A stretch of 64,000 nt of DNA from Sphingomonadales bacterium. GTDB lineage: Bacteria; Bacteroidota; Bacteroidia; Flavobacteriales_D; Crocinitomicaceae. This document shows, piece after piece, positions 62,781 through 64,000 of this stretch. Below the pieces are notes generated by a model. That model had not been told where the DNA came from. It saw nothing but the letters and a program-made list of their open reading frames with translations, and did not search any database. A program made the translations under genes and the position numbers. Each line of letters begins with the position of its first letter. The stretch's first letter is position 1. The stretch is from assembly GCA_016872115.1 (NCBI GenBank), contig VHBC01000008.1:15430-79429 (forward strand), written 5' to 3'.

Positions 62781-63055
62781 ATGCACTTAAACAATTTAGA
62801 TTAGCGGCCATTGCAGAAGGTATATCTTGGCCTGCCCTGCTTTTTACAACGTATTTGAAATATGGCCAAAATATGCCAGAACCCAACCAATGGGTGGGCA
62901 TGATACACGGCGTTTTATTTATTGCTTACTGTTTTTATATTGCCTATTTCTACTTCGAGGAAAAATGGGCGCTGCAAAAATGTATCATCCTGTTTGTCAC
63001 GGCCTTCCTGCCGTTCGGAACCTTTTGGGCGGAGAGAAAATACCTCAGACCTTGA
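62777..63055 (+). CDS. Small membrane protein (DUF3817-like)
   Basis: 92 aa, 3 hydrophobic helices. ATGA overlap with uvrB. Confidence 0.5.
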   Translation: MNALKQFRLAAIAEGISWPALLFTTYLKYGQNMPEPNQWVGMIHGVLFIAYCFYIAYFYFEEKWALQKCIILFVTAFLPFGTFWAERKYLRP

Positions 63056-63101
63056 AAAAGGACTAAAAAACCTCAAACGTATCCTCGAAAAATAAAGTTG
63101 T

Positions 63102-63109
63102 TAACTTTG
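63102..63109 (+). promoter_or_regulatory. -7 promoter box (TAACTTTG) for fabI
   Basis: Exact TAnnTTTG, 16 nt upstream of ATG 63126. Confidence 0.4.
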
Positions 63110-63125
63110 TTGAAAATTGAAGCAC

Positions 63126-63941
63126 ATGTCAAACCAACTATTGAAAGGAAAAAGAGGCATCATCTTTGGTGCATTAAACAATCAGAGTATCGCATGGAAA
63201 GTTGCGCAGCGCGCCCATGAAGAAGGCGCTACTTTTGTACTCACCAACGCTCCAATCGCGATGCGAATGGGAGAAATCAACGAATTAGCAGTCGAAACCG
63301 GCAGCCAAGTAATTCCAGCAGACGCCACCAATATTGCAGACCTCGAAAACCTCGTTACGCAAGCGCAAGAAATCTTAGGTGGTAAAATCGATTTCGTTTT
63401 ACACTCAATTGGAATGTCTCCTAATGTACGTAAGGGCAAGCATTACACCGAAAACGACTACAACTATTACGGACAAACAATGGATGTTTCGGCGATGTCT
63501 TTGCACAAAACCCTTGCAACACTCTACAAACACGACGCCATGAACGAATGGGGTTCTGTTGTTGCGCTTTCATACATTGCTGCTCAACGCATATTCCCTG
63601 ACTACAATGATATGGCCGATGCCAAATCGCTACTCGAATCTATTGCACGCTCTTTTGGTTACCACTACGGTATCAAAAAGAAAGTGCGCGTGAACACCAT
63701 TTCACAATCACCAACAGTTACTACCGCAGGCCAAGGCATCAAAGGCTTTACTGAGTTCATTAATTTCTCTGAGCAGATGTCGCCACTCGGCAACGCTAGC
63801 GCAATTGCTTGTGCAGATTACTGTATTAGCATGTTTTCAGACCTCACGAAATACGTCACGATGCAAAACCTCTTCCACGACGGTGGTTTCTCCAATACTG
63901 GCGTTACCCAACAAGTCATTGAGCGTTTTGGCAATCAATAG
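63126..63941 (+). CDS. fabI: Enoyl-[acyl-carrier-protein] reductase (NADH), FabI
   Basis: 271 aa from ATG 63126. LKGKRGIIFGALNNQSIAW nucleotide-binding start, SDR Tyr/Lys region (SYIAAQR...ADAKS). The track start 63117 is a TTG. Confidence 0.9.
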   Translation: MSNQLLKGKRGIIFGALNNQSIAWKVAQRAHEEGATFVLTNAPIAMRMGEINELAVETGSQVIPADATNIADLENLVTQAQEILGGKIDFVLHSIGMSPNVRKGKHYTENDYNYYGQTMDVSAMSLHKTLATLYKHDAMNEWGSVVALSYIAAQRIFPDYNDMADAKSLLESIARSFGYHYGIKKKVRVNTISQSPTVTTAGQGIKGFTEFINFSEQMSPLGNASAIACADYCISMFSDLTKYVTMQNLFHDGGFSNTGVTQQVIERFGNQ

Positions 63942-63968
63942 AACAAACTTTTAATTGAAATCGAAAAA

Positions 63969-63992
63969 GGCCACTCGTTGAGTGGCCTTTTT
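63969..63992 (+). terminator. Rho-independent terminator after fabI
   Basis: GGCCACT-cgttg-AGTGGCC hairpin followed by T5. Confidence 0.85.
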
Positions 63993-64000
63993 CTTTTGAT

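Noticed and set aside
1-64000. Looked for CRISPR arrays, IS elements, transposases, integrases, tRNA/rRNA genes and known defence-system signatures
   Set aside because: I found no direct-repeat/spacer periodicity and no DDE, tyrosine or serine recombinase-like ORF. I saw no cloverleaf-like conserved tRNA sequence in the short intergenic regions, and no nuclease/ATPase/methylase gene cluster. The window looks like core chromosome.

Overview
This 64 kb window looks like core chromosome from a Bacteroidota (Flavobacteriia-like) bacterium. The evidence is TAnnTTTG -7 promoter boxes, a fused SecDF, SprB-type repeats and six proteins ending in T9SS (Por) C-terminal sorting domains. About 45 tightly packed protein genes lie on both strands, many with overlapping stop/start codons. 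I found no rRNA, tRNA, CRISPR array, transposase, integrase or recognisable defence system. Housekeeping genes include fused E1 2-oxoacid dehydrogenase, sppA, pnp, rpsO, murQ, dnaX, nth, dnaB, rho, an Mpl-like ligase, yaaA, secDF, accD, class II fba, uvrB and fabI. Accessory-looking content includes a stand-alone DTE-motif proteorhodopsin, an M16 peptidase pair, an M1 peptidase, an NlpC/P60 hydrolase, a four-gene glycosyltransferase/HAD operon and several very large secreted T9SS cargo proteins. Four observations stand out. (1) A cobalamin riboswitch drives a single T9SS-exported beta-propeller gene, with no btuB in the window. (2) dnaX is split at an in-phase A_AAA_AAG/A10 tract, so the zero frame gives a short gamma-like product and a -1 shift gives full-length tau, the reverse of E. 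coli; a homopolymer sequencing error is the alternative. (3) A TAnnTTTG-N4-ATG geometry recurs at five genes and implies leaderless mRNAs. (4) The endonuclease III homologue has no Fe-S cysteines. All functional calls come from motif recognition by eye. No searches were run, so family assignments for the hypothetical proteins are tentative, and I do not see a clear multi-gene novel system here.
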